Positions 9,360 through 19,054 of a DNA stretch of 64,000 bases are shown here, in pieces. The notes beneath the pieces were generated by a model. That model ran no database searches, was not told where the DNA came from, and saw nothing but the letters and a program-made list of their open reading frames with translations. The translations under genes were made by a program, and so were the position numbers. Position 1 is the stretch's first letter. The number at the start of each line of letters is the position of its first letter. The DNA is from Candidatus Latescibacterota bacterium (GTDB lineage Bacteria > Latescibacterota > UBA2968 > UBA8231). The DNA lies in contig CBDAOB010000002.1 of assembly GCA_965197905.1 (NCBI GenBank), positions 224,001 through 288,000 on the forward strand, written 5' to 3'.

Positions 9360-10739
9360 TCATTCGATCCAGTAAGAATAGAATCGGGCTCGCCTTGTGG
9401 TGAAGCGCAGGGCAACCTCGCGACCTTGAATCTGCTCTAGGTTTTGCTGCCAGGTCAGCTCGGCCGAGGGCTGATCTCCGCTCAATGGCAGGGATGAACA
9501 CAAGGGCTCACCGCTCGGTGTGATCACCTCCGCTTCTAGCTCGCCGCCGGCAGCATCCACGTTGACGCAAACTTTCTTGCCGCTGAACCGGAACGGTCTT
9601 GTCGCCAGGCTGCCTACCTCGTCGCCGGCGTCGAGGGATATGAAGCCGTCTAGACGCAGTACCGCCAGACAAATACCACACTCGTCCCATCCCAGCTCCC
9701 GCTTCATGCTCGGTCCCCCGTATTTCTTACCGGCAGTGTAGTAGAACCAGAGCTCGTTTTTCCTTACCAGCGGAAACGACGGTCCGACGAGCCAGCTCAA
9801 GTCCAGGTCACCGCCCCCAATGGGTGAGGTATCGAGAAACGGCTGCCGTTGCCCGAGACGCTGCCAGCTGAGAAGGTCGCGGCTCGAGGTCAGTTGCACG
9901 TGGTGAAACGAGGCCCAGTCGCCGTCGCGCTGATAGACGGTCCGTTCATCTTCGGGGATATCCCAGTCGGCAAATTCGGGCCAGGCACCGGCGACCTTAC
10001 CAGTCTGGTGGTAGATCATCGGCATCCCGATGTAGTGACTCTCATAACGAAACGCGGCCATGTTGTAGATCTCGACTCGGTAGGAGGGAGGAAAATCGAA
10101 ATGGGGACTCCGCTGGGTTGGATCGGCGAATCGCCTGGCGATATTCTCGCGCCCCAGAATCTGGTCCGGGTCGTCGGCGTAGAAGATCAGCTCAGGATCC
10201 GACCAGGTATCGAAGTCTTTGCTGGTGGAGAGCCAGACCGAACGTCCGTTGGGGCCGCGGTGTTTGACCGTGGCGATGAACAATCTGCCGCGGGCATCGA
10301 AGGAGAAGTTGTGTTCGTCGGCGCTGGGCACCGGCGGCAGGTCCAGCTTCGTCCAGCTCACGCCATCCGGCGAGACCGCCCGCTCGCTCGGTGTAAACCC
10401 CTTGAACCGCCGGCCCGGATCGTCATCCTCGACGTCGTAGATTACCTCCCCAGGTCCGGTGTGCGGCCCCACGATTTCCCAGTGGAGACCATCGGTGCTT
10501 TCTCTTCTGCCACCCCCGTCCCAGAGCTTGAACAGCTCTGCTTCCGGATCCCAGATAGGCGCCGTGCGGATCTGCAGGCAAGTCTGGCCCGAGTCAATAT
10601 CGGGGCGGATCACCGCGCCTTTCTTGATGGGCCGGTGCATGGTCCGCATCAGGCCATGCGAGCTGGCAATGCCGACGTCATCGAGAAACAGCTGGTGGTC
10701 GCCGTTGGACGGGTCGAATGTCAGTTCCGGAGTTCGCAC
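9360..10739 (-). CDS. Uncharacterised five-bladed beta-propeller hydrolase-like protein (GH32/GH130-like) with a C-terminal beta-sandwich
   Basis: QLFLDD start, repeated S.DG..W blades, QLTSSRD, LRLDGFISLDAG, C-terminal R.YSYW. No signal peptide. Confidence 0.7.
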   Translation of the reverse strand: MRTPELTFDPSNGDHQLFLDDVGIASSHGLMRTMHRPIKKGAVIRPDIDSGQTCLQIRTAPIWDPEAELFKLWDGGGRRESTDGLHWEIVGPHTGPGEVIYDVEDDDPGRRFKGFTPSERAVSPDGVSWTKLDLPPVPSADEHNFSFDARGRLFIATVKHRGPNGRSVWLSTSKDFDTWSDPELIFYADDPDQILGRENIARRFADPTQRSPHFDFPPSYRVEIYNMAAFRYESHYIGMPMIYHQTGKVAGAWPEFADWDIPEDERTVYQRDGDWASFHHVQLTSSRDLLSWQRLGQRQPFLDTSPIGGGDLDLSWLVGPSFPLVRKNELWFYYTAGKKYGGPSMKRELGWDECGICLAVLRLDGFISLDAGDEVGSLATRPFRFSGKKVCVNVDAAGGELEAEVITPSGEPLCSSLPLSGDQPSAELTWQQNLEQIQGREVALRFTTRRARFYSYWIE

Positions 10740-10970
10740 AACGGTTTCAATTCCGGTGCAGAAGTTTCAGAATTCATTGATACGAATTTGATCCCTGTGA
10801 AAGCTGCCGGGTTGGAAACCGCCACAGATGCAGCTTTGAGAACAGGAGGGGGTATATACCGTAAATGTCATTAAGATCGACTTTCGTCGAGCGCCGACAA
10901 GGGCGTTGTGCTCCTTCTCCGTCTAACCTACACTCTCCACCACTCTTCCACCTCACCACAGGAGGTTACC

Positions 10971-11459
10971 ATGACGCATTGCACCAGGTGTTACTCGATT
11001 CTGGCTGTTGCCATTTCCATCACGTTGGCGCTGCAAACCACGCAAGCCCGGGAAAAGCCCGGTGCCGGGGAAGGCAAGATGGGGCGTATGAAGACACTCA
11101 TGCCGCCGCCGGAATCCATCGACTTTATCCACGATCTGGCTGATCGCACCGGCCGCATTGGGGTGACAGATGAACTTAACGGCGAGACGATTCAATTCGT
11201 CGGATTCGTGAAAGTCGGTCGCAGCCACGAACCGGATGGTCCCGGGCTCGCCCTGGAAGAAGGCCAGGCGTTAGCGGTGTTTCGGGTTCCGCTGGATTTG
11301 CCTGAGGATAATGAGGCACGACCCGCTCGCCGTCCGACGAAGGGGAAGCGCCGTGGGCCCCGGGTCATGCCGCTCCTCACTGGCGAAGAGGCGGAGGAGA
11401 GTGGATTCCACCTTCTCGCCCTGCACAATGCAGAGATTGGCACACCTCATTTTTCATAG
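10971..11459 (+). CDS. Secreted hypothetical protein, possibly the 5' part of a frameshifted gene that continues into 11468-11764
   Basis: AGGAGG Shine-Dalgarno before the ATG at 10971 and a signal peptide ending TQA. Confidence 0.65.
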   Translation: MTHCTRCYSILAVAISITLALQTTQAREKPGAGEGKMGRMKTLMPPPESIDFIHDLADRTGRIGVTDELNGETIQFVGFVKVGRSHEPDGPGLALEEGQALAVFRVPLDLPEDNEARPARRPTKGKRRGPRVMPLLTGEEAEESGFHLLALHNAEIGTPHFS

Positions 11460-11467
11460 TACGGCCG

Positions 11468-11764
11468 ATGGCAGACGACGAGGCAGCCAAGCATGCTCAG
11501 AAGAGCGAGTCGGCAGATGGGGCGCTCACAGAGCAAGATCAGCAGGACCTGCAGGATATCCAGGACATGGAGGACATGGAGGACATGTACATGGATCAGG
11601 CCGGCATCCCCGGAGGTGACAACCAGGATGGTGGTGGCGATGGTGGCGGCTCGACGAACGACGGCGACTCCGGCTCCTGCGGTGGAGACGGTGGTGGCGA
11701 TTCGGGGGGTGGCGGTGACAGCGGAGGTGGGGGTGGGGATTCGGGTGGTGGAGGCAGCGAGTAA
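11468..11764 (+). CDS. Acidic Gly/Asp/Ser-rich low-complexity peptide
   Basis: 98-aa ORF with (Q/E)D(L/I/M) triplets and GGGDS repeats. No clear Shine-Dalgarno. Confidence 0.5.
   Translation: MADDEAAKHAQKSESADGALTEQDQQDLQDIQDMEDMEDMYMDQAGIPGGDNQDGGGDGGGSTNDGDSGSCGGDGGGDSGGGGDSGGGGGDSGGGGSE
11543..11760 (+). repeat. Coding tandem repeats: 9-bp (C/G)AGGACATG-like units followed by degenerate poly-Gly/Asp-Ser codon repeats
   Basis: caggacctg caggatatc caggacatg gaggacatg gaggacatg, followed by ggtggtggcga-type units. Confidence 0.8.
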
Positions 11765-11794
11765 CCCGCTCCGGAGAGAAGGTCACAGCTAGGC

Positions 11795-13906
11795 TTGCCA
11801 CAAACGGACAACCTATTCCTGCAGACCGACGGTCTTCCCCAGTTCGACCGGATGGCACCGGAGCACGTGGTGCCGGCGATGGAGAAGGTACTGGCGGACG
11901 CAACCGCGAAGATCGAAGAGATCGAGGCCAACCTGGAGCCGAGCTGGGATGGCCTGCTGAAACCGCTGGAAGAGCTGGACGTTCCGTTCGAGTATTCGTG
12001 GCACTGCGTTTGCCATCTCATGTCGGTGAGGAACTCTCCGGAGCTTCGGAAAAAACACGAGAGGATGGAGCCGAAGGTGGTCGAGCTCGGCCTGCGCATC
12101 GATCAGAGCCGGCCGGTCTACGAAGGATTGATCGCCATCCGAGACGGTAACGTGTGGGAAGAGCTAGATGAGGCTCAGCGCCGGATCGTAGAGAACAAGA
12201 TCCGGGCGGCCGAGAACGCCGGAGTCGGTCTCGACGGGAAGGACAAGGAGCGGTTCCTGGAGATCTCGCGGGAGCTGTCGAGGATCAGCACCGAGTTCTC
12301 GAACCATGTTCTGGACGCCCGCAAGGCGTACGAACTGATCCTCACAGACAAGGGCGAGACCGAGGGATGGCCCGACAGTCTTCGGCGAGTAACAGCCAAC
12401 TCCTACTCCGAGGCACGGGGAAACGAGGAATCCGCAGTGCCTCAAGATGCCGTGGAAGCAACGCCACAGGACGGCCCGTGGAGGGTCACGCTCGATTTCC
12501 CCAGCTTCATGCCGTTCATGCAGCATCATCGCAACCGCCAGCATCGGGAGGCGGTTTACCGTGTTCAAGTCACCCTGGCGTCTTCCGGTGCATACGACAA
12601 CACCGACTTGATCACGCAGACATTGAAGCTGCGGCGCGAGCAGGCGGTGCTACTGGGCTACGGGACGTTCGCGGAGCGGAGCCTCGACACTAAGATGGCC
12701 CCGGATGTGGCGGCGGTCGACAAGATGACGGACGAGCTGCGGGATCCGTCGCGTCGGCATGCCGAGCGGGACCTGGACGATTTGCGCGCGCTTGCAAAGG
12801 AAGGTGGCCAGGAGGACGGCTTGCGTCATTGGGACCTGGCTTTCTGGGCGGAGCGACTGCGTGAAAAGCGATTCGACTACACCGACGATCAGCTGCGTCC
12901 GTATTTCCCGCTTCCGCGAGTGCTCGACGGCCTGTTCGGAATTTGTGAAGAGCTTTTCGATGTGAACTTCGAGCCGGCCGATGGCGAGGCGCCCGTATGG
13001 CACCTGGACGTTCGCTACTTTCTGGTCAAGGATGGAGCCGGCGAGACCGTTGCTTCCTTTTATCTCGACCCCTACTCCCGCCCGGCTGACAAGCAGGGCG
13101 GCGCGTGGATGAATGACTGCATGAGTCGTCGCATCCACAACGGGAGGCTGCGGCTGCCGGTAGTGCACCTGGTGTGTAACGGTACGCCGCCGGTAAAGAA
13201 CCCACCGTCGCTCATGAGCTTCAACGAAGTCGAGACGTTGTTCCACGAATTCGGCCACGGCCTGCAGGGCATGCTCACTACCGTGGATTATGCCGATGCG
13301 TCGGGCATCCACGGTGTAGAGTGGGACGCGGTGGAGATCGCCTCCCAGTTCATGGAGAACTGGTGCTACCACCAGCCGACGCTGACAGGAATGACGAAAC
13401 ACGTTGAAACGGGCGAGACGTTGCCTGACGACCTGTTCGACAAGATCGTGGCGTCCCGCACCTTCCGGGCGGGCTCCCCGATGCTGCGGCAGCTGGAGCT
13501 AGGCAGGACGGATATGCGCCTTCATGACATCTTCGATCCGCACGGGGACACAACGCCATTCGACGCGCACCGTGCGGTGACGACGGAGATGTCGGTGTTT
13601 CCGCCGTTCGACGGAGACCGCCTGCTGTGCTCCTTCACCCACATCTTCGCGGGCGGATATGCCGCCGGCTACTACAGTTATAAGTGGGCGGAGGTGCTGA
13701 GCGCCGATGCCTGGGATGCCTTCGAGGAAGCCGGCCTGGAGAACGAGCAAGAGGTCCGGGAACTCGGCCGGCACTTCCGCGACACGGTGCTGGCGCTCGG
13801 TGGTGGGCGGCATCCAATGGATGTGTTCCGCGATTTTCGAGGTAGGGAGCCGGATACGCAGGCCCTGCTACGACAGAACCGACTCCTCGACGAACCGAAA
13901 GCCTGA
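11795..13906 (+). CDS. prlC: M3A oligopeptidase A
   Basis: FHEFGHGL zinc motif, K.GGAWM, VEWDAVE..SQFMENW, HIFAGGYAAGYYSYKWAEVL. Confidence 0.95.
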   Translation: MPQTDNLFLQTDGLPQFDRMAPEHVVPAMEKVLADATAKIEEIEANLEPSWDGLLKPLEELDVPFEYSWHCVCHLMSVRNSPELRKKHERMEPKVVELGLRIDQSRPVYEGLIAIRDGNVWEELDEAQRRIVENKIRAAENAGVGLDGKDKERFLEISRELSRISTEFSNHVLDARKAYELILTDKGETEGWPDSLRRVTANSYSEARGNEESAVPQDAVEATPQDGPWRVTLDFPSFMPFMQHHRNRQHREAVYRVQVTLASSGAYDNTDLITQTLKLRREQAVLLGYGTFAERSLDTKMAPDVAAVDKMTDELRDPSRRHAERDLDDLRALAKEGGQEDGLRHWDLAFWAERLREKRFDYTDDQLRPYFPLPRVLDGLFGICEELFDVNFEPADGEAPVWHLDVRYFLVKDGAGETVASFYLDPYSRPADKQGGAWMNDCMSRRIHNGRLRLPVVHLVCNGTPPVKNPPSLMSFNEVETLFHEFGHGLQGMLTTVDYADASGIHGVEWDAVEIASQFMENWCYHQPTLTGMTKHVETGETLPDDLFDKIVASRTFRAGSPMLRQLELGRTDMRLHDIFDPHGDTTPFDAHRAVTTEMSVFPPFDGDRLLCSFTHIFAGGYAAGYYSYKWAEVLSADAWDAFEEAGLENEQEVRELGRHFRDTVLALGGGRHPMDVFRDFRGREPDTQALLRQNRLLDEPKA

Positions 13907-13950
13907 ATCTCCCCTCTTCGAGCCTGGCAACCCTCCAGCGACACGGTCGT

Positions 13951-14970
13951 TCACTCGTAAAACCAATCCACGGGGACCCTGGTCACCCGCAATGTATGGA
14001 TCGGTCGGTCCAGGAGCTCGACGTAATAACTCAGAACAGCGTCTTCTCCGAAGAAACTCAAACTGGCGTAGCTGTAAGCCAGGGAACGGTCCGTCTCCAG
14101 TTCCTTTAAGTGCGGCCAGCTCTTTCCCTCATCGGTGGATATGGTGCAGGTCAGCGGGGTGCGCATTCCCTGGTGATGGTGCTCCACGTCGACGGTGGGA
14201 TTGCGAATGAGGAGAATATCGCCCGTCGTCGGGATCCGCTGCAGTACAAACGGTGCCATCGGCGCGGCAATGCCCGAAGATTCCGTTTCGCCCCAGTGCT
14301 CTCCGCCGTTTTCCGAGTAGGTCTGGTAAAGGGTGCCCTGGTCGGTGCGCAACAGCATCCACAACCTGCCATCCTTGAGCTCCACGACCTTGGGCTCCAT
14401 GGCTCCGGATTCGCGAGCGAACACCGTGTTGCTCGAACGCCACGATGTTCCCTCGTCGTCAGAAATGAGGCAGCCGGCTTCCAGCCTGGCGGGTGTGCCG
14501 GCGGCCGCCATGTTGACGGTATAAGGCAGGAAGAGGAGTCCGCTGGTAAGCCGCAGGGCGCTGTCGTTACACAGGCAGTGGTAGCGGTCGTTTGAGGTCA
14601 GGAACATAGCAGGACCAAAGGTTTCTCCCCCGTCGGTCGAAAGGCGAGCGCAGATTACGCACGACCGTTCCGAATCCTGACGTTGATAAAACAGGAAGAG
14701 CCGATCCGGCGCGAGCTGCAGCATACTGACCGCCGCCACATTCTTGCGACCCTCGTTTTCAACCACTAGCTGCGATTCGCTCCACGAACGACCACCGTCC
14801 GTGGAACGACGGCTGAGGATCTGGGCTGCCGCGTCGTCCTCCCACGAGCGGAAGTGGGTGTAAGCCATGAACAGGCCGCCATCGTCGTTCTGGACGATAT
14901 CGGCTTCTCCGGTGCGCATATTGGTCTCGTCACCGGGTACCACATCAACAAATTCGGGGCGTGCTTTCAT
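13951..14970 (-). CDS. Sialidase-like BNR/Asp-box propeller protein
   Basis: Five Asp boxes (STDGGRSW, STDGGETF, SDDEGTSW, SENGGEHW, STDEGKSW), plus EP.VVELKDG, RTPL and YSY. No signal peptide. Confidence 0.85.
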   Translation of the reverse strand: MKARPEFVDVVPGDETNMRTGEADIVQNDDGGLFMAYTHFRSWEDDAAAQILSRRSTDGGRSWSESQLVVENEGRKNVAAVSMLQLAPDRLFLFYQRQDSERSCVICARLSTDGGETFGPAMFLTSNDRYHCLCNDSALRLTSGLLFLPYTVNMAAAGTPARLEAGCLISDDEGTSWRSSNTVFARESGAMEPKVVELKDGRLWMLLRTDQGTLYQTYSENGGEHWGETESSGIAAPMAPFVLQRIPTTGDILLIRNPTVDVEHHHQGMRTPLTCTISTDEGKSWPHLKELETDRSLAYSYASLSFFGEDAVLSYYVELLDRPIHTLRVTRVPVDWFYE

Positions 14971-15077
14971 GATCTCCAATCTCCCTTGACCAATTACCAA
15001 AAATAATCCTTTATGCTTCGCATGCACGATTCAGTAGCAACCGAGCCTTCGCAGAAACTAAACAGGAAGGAAAGCTT

Positions 15078-15611
15078 ATGAGGTCGACGCTAGTGCTTGC
15101 CATGTGCCTGTCTCTAGGGTTGCAGGGATGCAGCGATGACAAGAGTCCCACCGGTTCAAACGACACACCCGGAGCCCAACTCGTGGGTGCCTGGACCACC
15201 GAGAGTTCCAACATCGTGGAGGTCTTCGGGGAATTCTTCAGACGGTTTCTGGCTGCTTTGGGGTTATCGGCGGAGCAGATCGAGGCGGCACTCGAAGAGC
15301 TGGCCAATAGTCCACCGAGTAGCGGGCCCGTCCAGGACCAAGTGGTTTTCAATGCTGATAACACCTGGGCGGGAGGCGAAGCAAGCGGAACCTGGAGCGT
15401 CGACGGCAAACGTCTGACTATGTCCGGGACTACGGAAGAAGGGGAAGAAGTGACCCCCTTTACCTATTCGATCTCCGGCGACCGGCTAACCCTGACGCTC
15501 GACGTGGAGGAATTGCTGGCGGTAGTGAGCGCAGAAGAACAGCAGGCAATGGAGCAGATGGGAATCGACCTGAGCAATTCGTTGGTGATAGTCCTGGTCA
15601 GGGCGGACTAG
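15078..15611 (+). CDS. Lipoprotein with a lipocalin-like beta-barrel domain
   Basis: Lipobox LQGC, LVGAW, VFNADNT, GTWSVDG.RL, YSISGDRLTL. Confidence 0.75.
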   Translation: MRSTLVLAMCLSLGLQGCSDDKSPTGSNDTPGAQLVGAWTTESSNIVEVFGEFFRRFLAALGLSAEQIEAALEELANSPPSSGPVQDQVVFNADNTWAGGEASGTWSVDGKRLTMSGTTEEGEEVTPFTYSISGDRLTLTLDVEELLAVVSAEEQQAMEQMGIDLSNSLVIVLVRAD

Positions 15612-16486
15612 CGCTGAATCTCATCGGTTGGCGTGCTGATAATGCCATAGGTTTCAGGGCGTCGATCGCGGAACATGAAGTGCAAGCGGCGGGCGTACTG
15701 CAGGTGCTCCCGATCCAGGACGACTTGTAGCACCTCTTCCCGATCGTAGCTGGCCATGGCGATCTGCTCTCCCAACGGATCGAAGGCAATGCTGTGTCCT
15801 CCCATCACGATCGGCATGTCCGGAGCGGGGGCGTGACCGATGTTGTTTGCAGCCAGCACGTAGGCAATGTTCTCGAAGGCGCGGGTGGCCAGCAGCTCAC
15901 GCCACAGAGTTTTCTTGGTGTCGGAGATTCCGAACGGCGCGAGGACCACTTCAGCCCCCGCCAATGCCAGGCATCGTATGGCTTCCGGAAAGTAGGTATC
16001 GTAGCAGAGTATGATCCCTACCTTCCACCCGTCGATGGAGAACACCGGATAGCGGGAGCCGGTGCGAAAATATATCGACTCGATGCCCAGGTCGGTGACC
16101 AGCTCGCCGTCGATGACGATATGACGCTCGCCGCCTATATGGGTTTTGCGGTATTTACCGACGATGGCTCCGTCCGGACCGACCAGCATTGCCGTATCGT
16201 AGAACAGATCGGTGCCATCCTGTTCGAATATGGTGGCGACGACATGCACGCGGTGCCGGGAGGCTTTCTCTTTGACAGCTGACATGGCCGGTCCGTCGTC
16301 TGGGGCTGCGAGGTCGTACTTCCGGTAGTCGCGGGAGCCAGGGAAGAACCCGGTACTCCAGTATTCTGGAAGCAGCACCACTGTGGAACCACCCTCCGCC
16401 GCCAGGTCTATCAGACGCGCCGCCGTCTGAATGTTGCGCTCCGTCTCGCCAACTACACTTTCCATCTGGATGACACCCACCTGCAT
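15608..16486 (-). CDS. Carbon-nitrogen hydrolase (nitrilase superfamily)
   Basis: Catalytic triad motifs LLPE, YRKTH and ILCYD; C-terminal RDRRPETY. Confidence 0.93.
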   Translation of the reverse strand: MQVGVIQMESVVGETERNIQTAARLIDLAAEGGSTVVLLPEYWSTGFFPGSRDYRKYDLAAPDDGPAMSAVKEKASRHRVHVVATIFEQDGTDLFYDTAMLVGPDGAIVGKYRKTHIGGERHIVIDGELVTDLGIESIYFRTGSRYPVFSIDGWKVGIILCYDTYFPEAIRCLALAGAEVVLAPFGISDTKKTLWRELLATRAFENIAYVLAANNIGHAPAPDMPIVMGGHSIAFDPLGEQIAMASYDREEVLQVVLDREHLQYARRLHFMFRDRRPETYGIISTPTDEIQR

Positions 16487-16687
16487 GACTTCAAGTCCTT
16501 TGCTGGACCTCTAGTGAGGCACAATGACTCGCACAGAATTAAGGTCAATATCTGGGCGCATCCAGGGTAGCTGCCCGCCGCCTTCGCGGCACCTTACGGC
16601 GATTACCTTGACCCCAATACCGGCATCGCGGTTTATTAACCGGCATCTGGACAAGAGATCATACAATCGAAGCTTGCGGAGGATGAC

Positions 16688-17629
16688 ATGATCAGAGTTG
16701 GCTTGATTGGCTGCGGTGGCCGAGGCAAAGGTGAGCTGCGAGAGCTAGCGAATTTCGAGGATGTCGAGGTCGTGGCGGTCTGTGATCCCGTGCCGGAGGC
16801 GTTGGCGCAGGCAGCGGATGAGTTCGGCATTCAGCACAGGTACGAGTCGATCGAAAAGATGCTGGATGCCGGGGTCGTCGACGTCGCGTTTGTCACTACT
16901 CCGGCGCATCTCAACGCGCCATCTGCCCTGCCCTGTCTCGAGGCCGGCATACACACGCTAGTGGAGAAGCCACCGGGGATGCGCTCGGAGGAGACGATCG
17001 AGCTGCGCGAAACCGCGGACCGCACCGGGGCCAAGGCGATGGTTGGTTGGCAGCGGCGTTTTAATCCCTTCATCGTCGAGGCGCGGCGACAGATCGAGGA
17101 ACGGGGTCCGATCGTGCAACTGGTTGGAGAGTTCCACAAGAATCTAGCCTGGTTCGAGCAGGGAGGCTTCCCAAAGATCGTCTTGGAGAATTTGCTCCTG
17201 GAGAGTCCGATTCACGCCATCGACTGCGTCCGGGCGCTGGCCGGCTCCGATGTGGCGGAGGTCCACAGTACCGTGAAGCGCCGGTTCTCGAAATACAACG
17301 ATGTGCATGCCGCCCTGGTTTTGTTCGAGAATGGCTGTGTGGCACAGATCAGCTCCAACTACACAGCTGACGCGCGCCTGGAACGCTACGAAATACACGG
17401 TCAGGGGATTTCAGCCTATCTGGAGGGGGTCAAAAGCGGCACGGTGATGGCCGACGGCGAGCGGGTTGAGCTAAAGGTCGAGGGGGATGCCATTCACGCC
17501 AAAGACGAGTTCTTCTTCGACTGCATCCGCAACGACCGTCCGGTCGGTCCCCCCGGAGCCAGTCTCGCCGAAGCCGTCAAGACGATGGAGCTCGCCGAAG
17601 CTATACTCGCAGGACTGAGAGAGGACTGA
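16688..17629 (+). CDS. Gfo/Idh/MocA family oxidoreductase
   Basis: IGCGGRG Rossmann motif, VEKP, RRF, H.ID. Confidence 0.92.
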   Translation: MIRVGLIGCGGRGKGELRELANFEDVEVVAVCDPVPEALAQAADEFGIQHRYESIEKMLDAGVVDVAFVTTPAHLNAPSALPCLEAGIHTLVEKPPGMRSEETIELRETADRTGAKAMVGWQRRFNPFIVEARRQIEERGPIVQLVGEFHKNLAWFEQGGFPKIVLENLLLESPIHAIDCVRALAGSDVAEVHSTVKRRFSKYNDVHAALVLFENGCVAQISSNYTADARLERYEIHGQGISAYLEGVKSGTVMADGERVELKVEGDAIHAKDEFFFDCIRNDRPVGPPGASLAEAVKTMELAEAILAGLRED

Positions 17630-17673
17630 TTTAGATAGATCGATGGACACACAGCTATTCCGGGGAACGCGTA

Positions 17674-18972
17674 ATGAATGAGCACGATACCGAACACGCG
17701 ACGTTGCCGCCTGTTGATCAGCATGTTCTCTGGTCCTACGGGAGCGGCAACGTAGGCGTAGGAGACGGCGAGCTTTCGGGTCCGCACACGGCCGACGAAA
17801 ACCCACTCCATCCCGACGAGATCGTCGTCGCCGAGCAGTACGGCAACGACATTCTGATTATCAACCGCTCCACGGGAAAAATGAGAGTGCTTTACGGTGA
17901 ACGAGGGGTCGCCGGCGAGGGCAAACGCCTTTCCGCGGCGCATTCGGCTCACTTCATGCCCTCGGGTCCCTACCGCGAGCATGTGCTGATCACCGAGTAC
18001 CGCGGCGAACATCGGATCATGATGCTGCATCGAGATACGGGAGAAATGCTCTGGTCCTACACCGACCTCGAAGCACCGCTGGAGGCCATTTACTGGGATG
18101 ACGATCACATCATGGCTTCGGATCGAGACTTCGGCGTTTTCAAGATTCGCCTCAGCGACGGTGCCAAGGTGTGGCAATTCGATCCCCAACCCCGATGCCG
18201 CCCCTTTTATTTGCAAAGACTTTTTCCGGAATTCTGCGATTCCTACGGCGGCGATCTGCTGGTCGGGTACTGGGGGGGCAATACGGTCGTGCGCGAGGTC
18301 GATACTGAGACCAGCGAAACGGTCTGGATCTACGGCGACAGCGAACAGGGCGCCGGAGATCTGTACAACCACCTGTATTGCGCGGTGCGCGCCCTGCGCT
18401 ACGGGACCAACGAACGCGGCGGCGGTTTGACCATCATCGTGGACGAAAAAACCCGCATCTTTTGCGTCAACCAGGACAAAGAATTGATTTGGGAGTTGGG
18501 TGGCGCCAGCGGTGAAAACCGGTATATATCAACGCAGTACGGTATGTCGCCGACCTACGTTCATGTGACCCGCCGGGGAACCCTTCTGATCACAGACTGG
18601 GGTCGCAACATGATCTACGAGGTAAGCCCCTTTTGCATCCCGACGCGAATGGAGAAAGACGCGTACCTGTTCAAGGGTTGTGCCACCACCGATGATTTTG
18701 TCGATAGCGGAATCATGGAATCGAGGGGGTACCGCCACAAGAATCTGCAGATCTTCAATACGGATGCCGCGGGTTCTCTGCAATGGCAGCTTCTCGGGTC
18801 TCGAAACGCCCGGGACTGGCAGCTAATCCACGAGCCCGAGGAAGCGCTGGGTCCGAATCGGAATGCCTACTTCCTGGTCGATGGACCGTGGAATTACGTG
18901 ATGACGCGCGCCAGGTCGGCAGCAGCGGGAAAACCCGCGACCATCGATGCGTTTCTCACCATGCGGCGTTAG
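17674..18972 (+). CDS. Hypothetical beta-propeller protein (PQQ-like/arylsulfotransferase-like repeats) with a small C-terminal beta domain
   Basis: Repeats of the form D..TGE..W.Y (DTGEMLWSY, DGAKVWQF, ETSETVWIY, KELIWEL). Confidence 0.65.
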   Translation: MNEHDTEHATLPPVDQHVLWSYGSGNVGVGDGELSGPHTADENPLHPDEIVVAEQYGNDILIINRSTGKMRVLYGERGVAGEGKRLSAAHSAHFMPSGPYREHVLITEYRGEHRIMMLHRDTGEMLWSYTDLEAPLEAIYWDDDHIMASDRDFGVFKIRLSDGAKVWQFDPQPRCRPFYLQRLFPEFCDSYGGDLLVGYWGGNTVVREVDTETSETVWIYGDSEQGAGDLYNHLYCAVRALRYGTNERGGGLTIIVDEKTRIFCVNQDKELIWELGGASGENRYISTQYGMSPTYVHVTRRGTLLITDWGRNMIYEVSPFCIPTRMEKDAYLFKGCATTDDFVDSGIMESRGYRHKNLQIFNTDAAGSLQWQLLGSRNARDWQLIHEPEEALGPNRNAYFLVDGPWNYVMTRARSAAAGKPATIDAFLTMRR

Positions 18973-19054
18973 GGGGTTATCGCCAGGGACGGCTTTGAGG
19001 GCTCGCGAAACTACGGGGCGTCCGCAGTGCCGGCTGACCGCTCAGTAAACCGGC

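Noticed and set aside
11468..11764. RiPP precursor cluster
   Set aside because: No modifying enzyme or exporter is nearby, and a frameshifted tail of the upstream gene explains it more simply.
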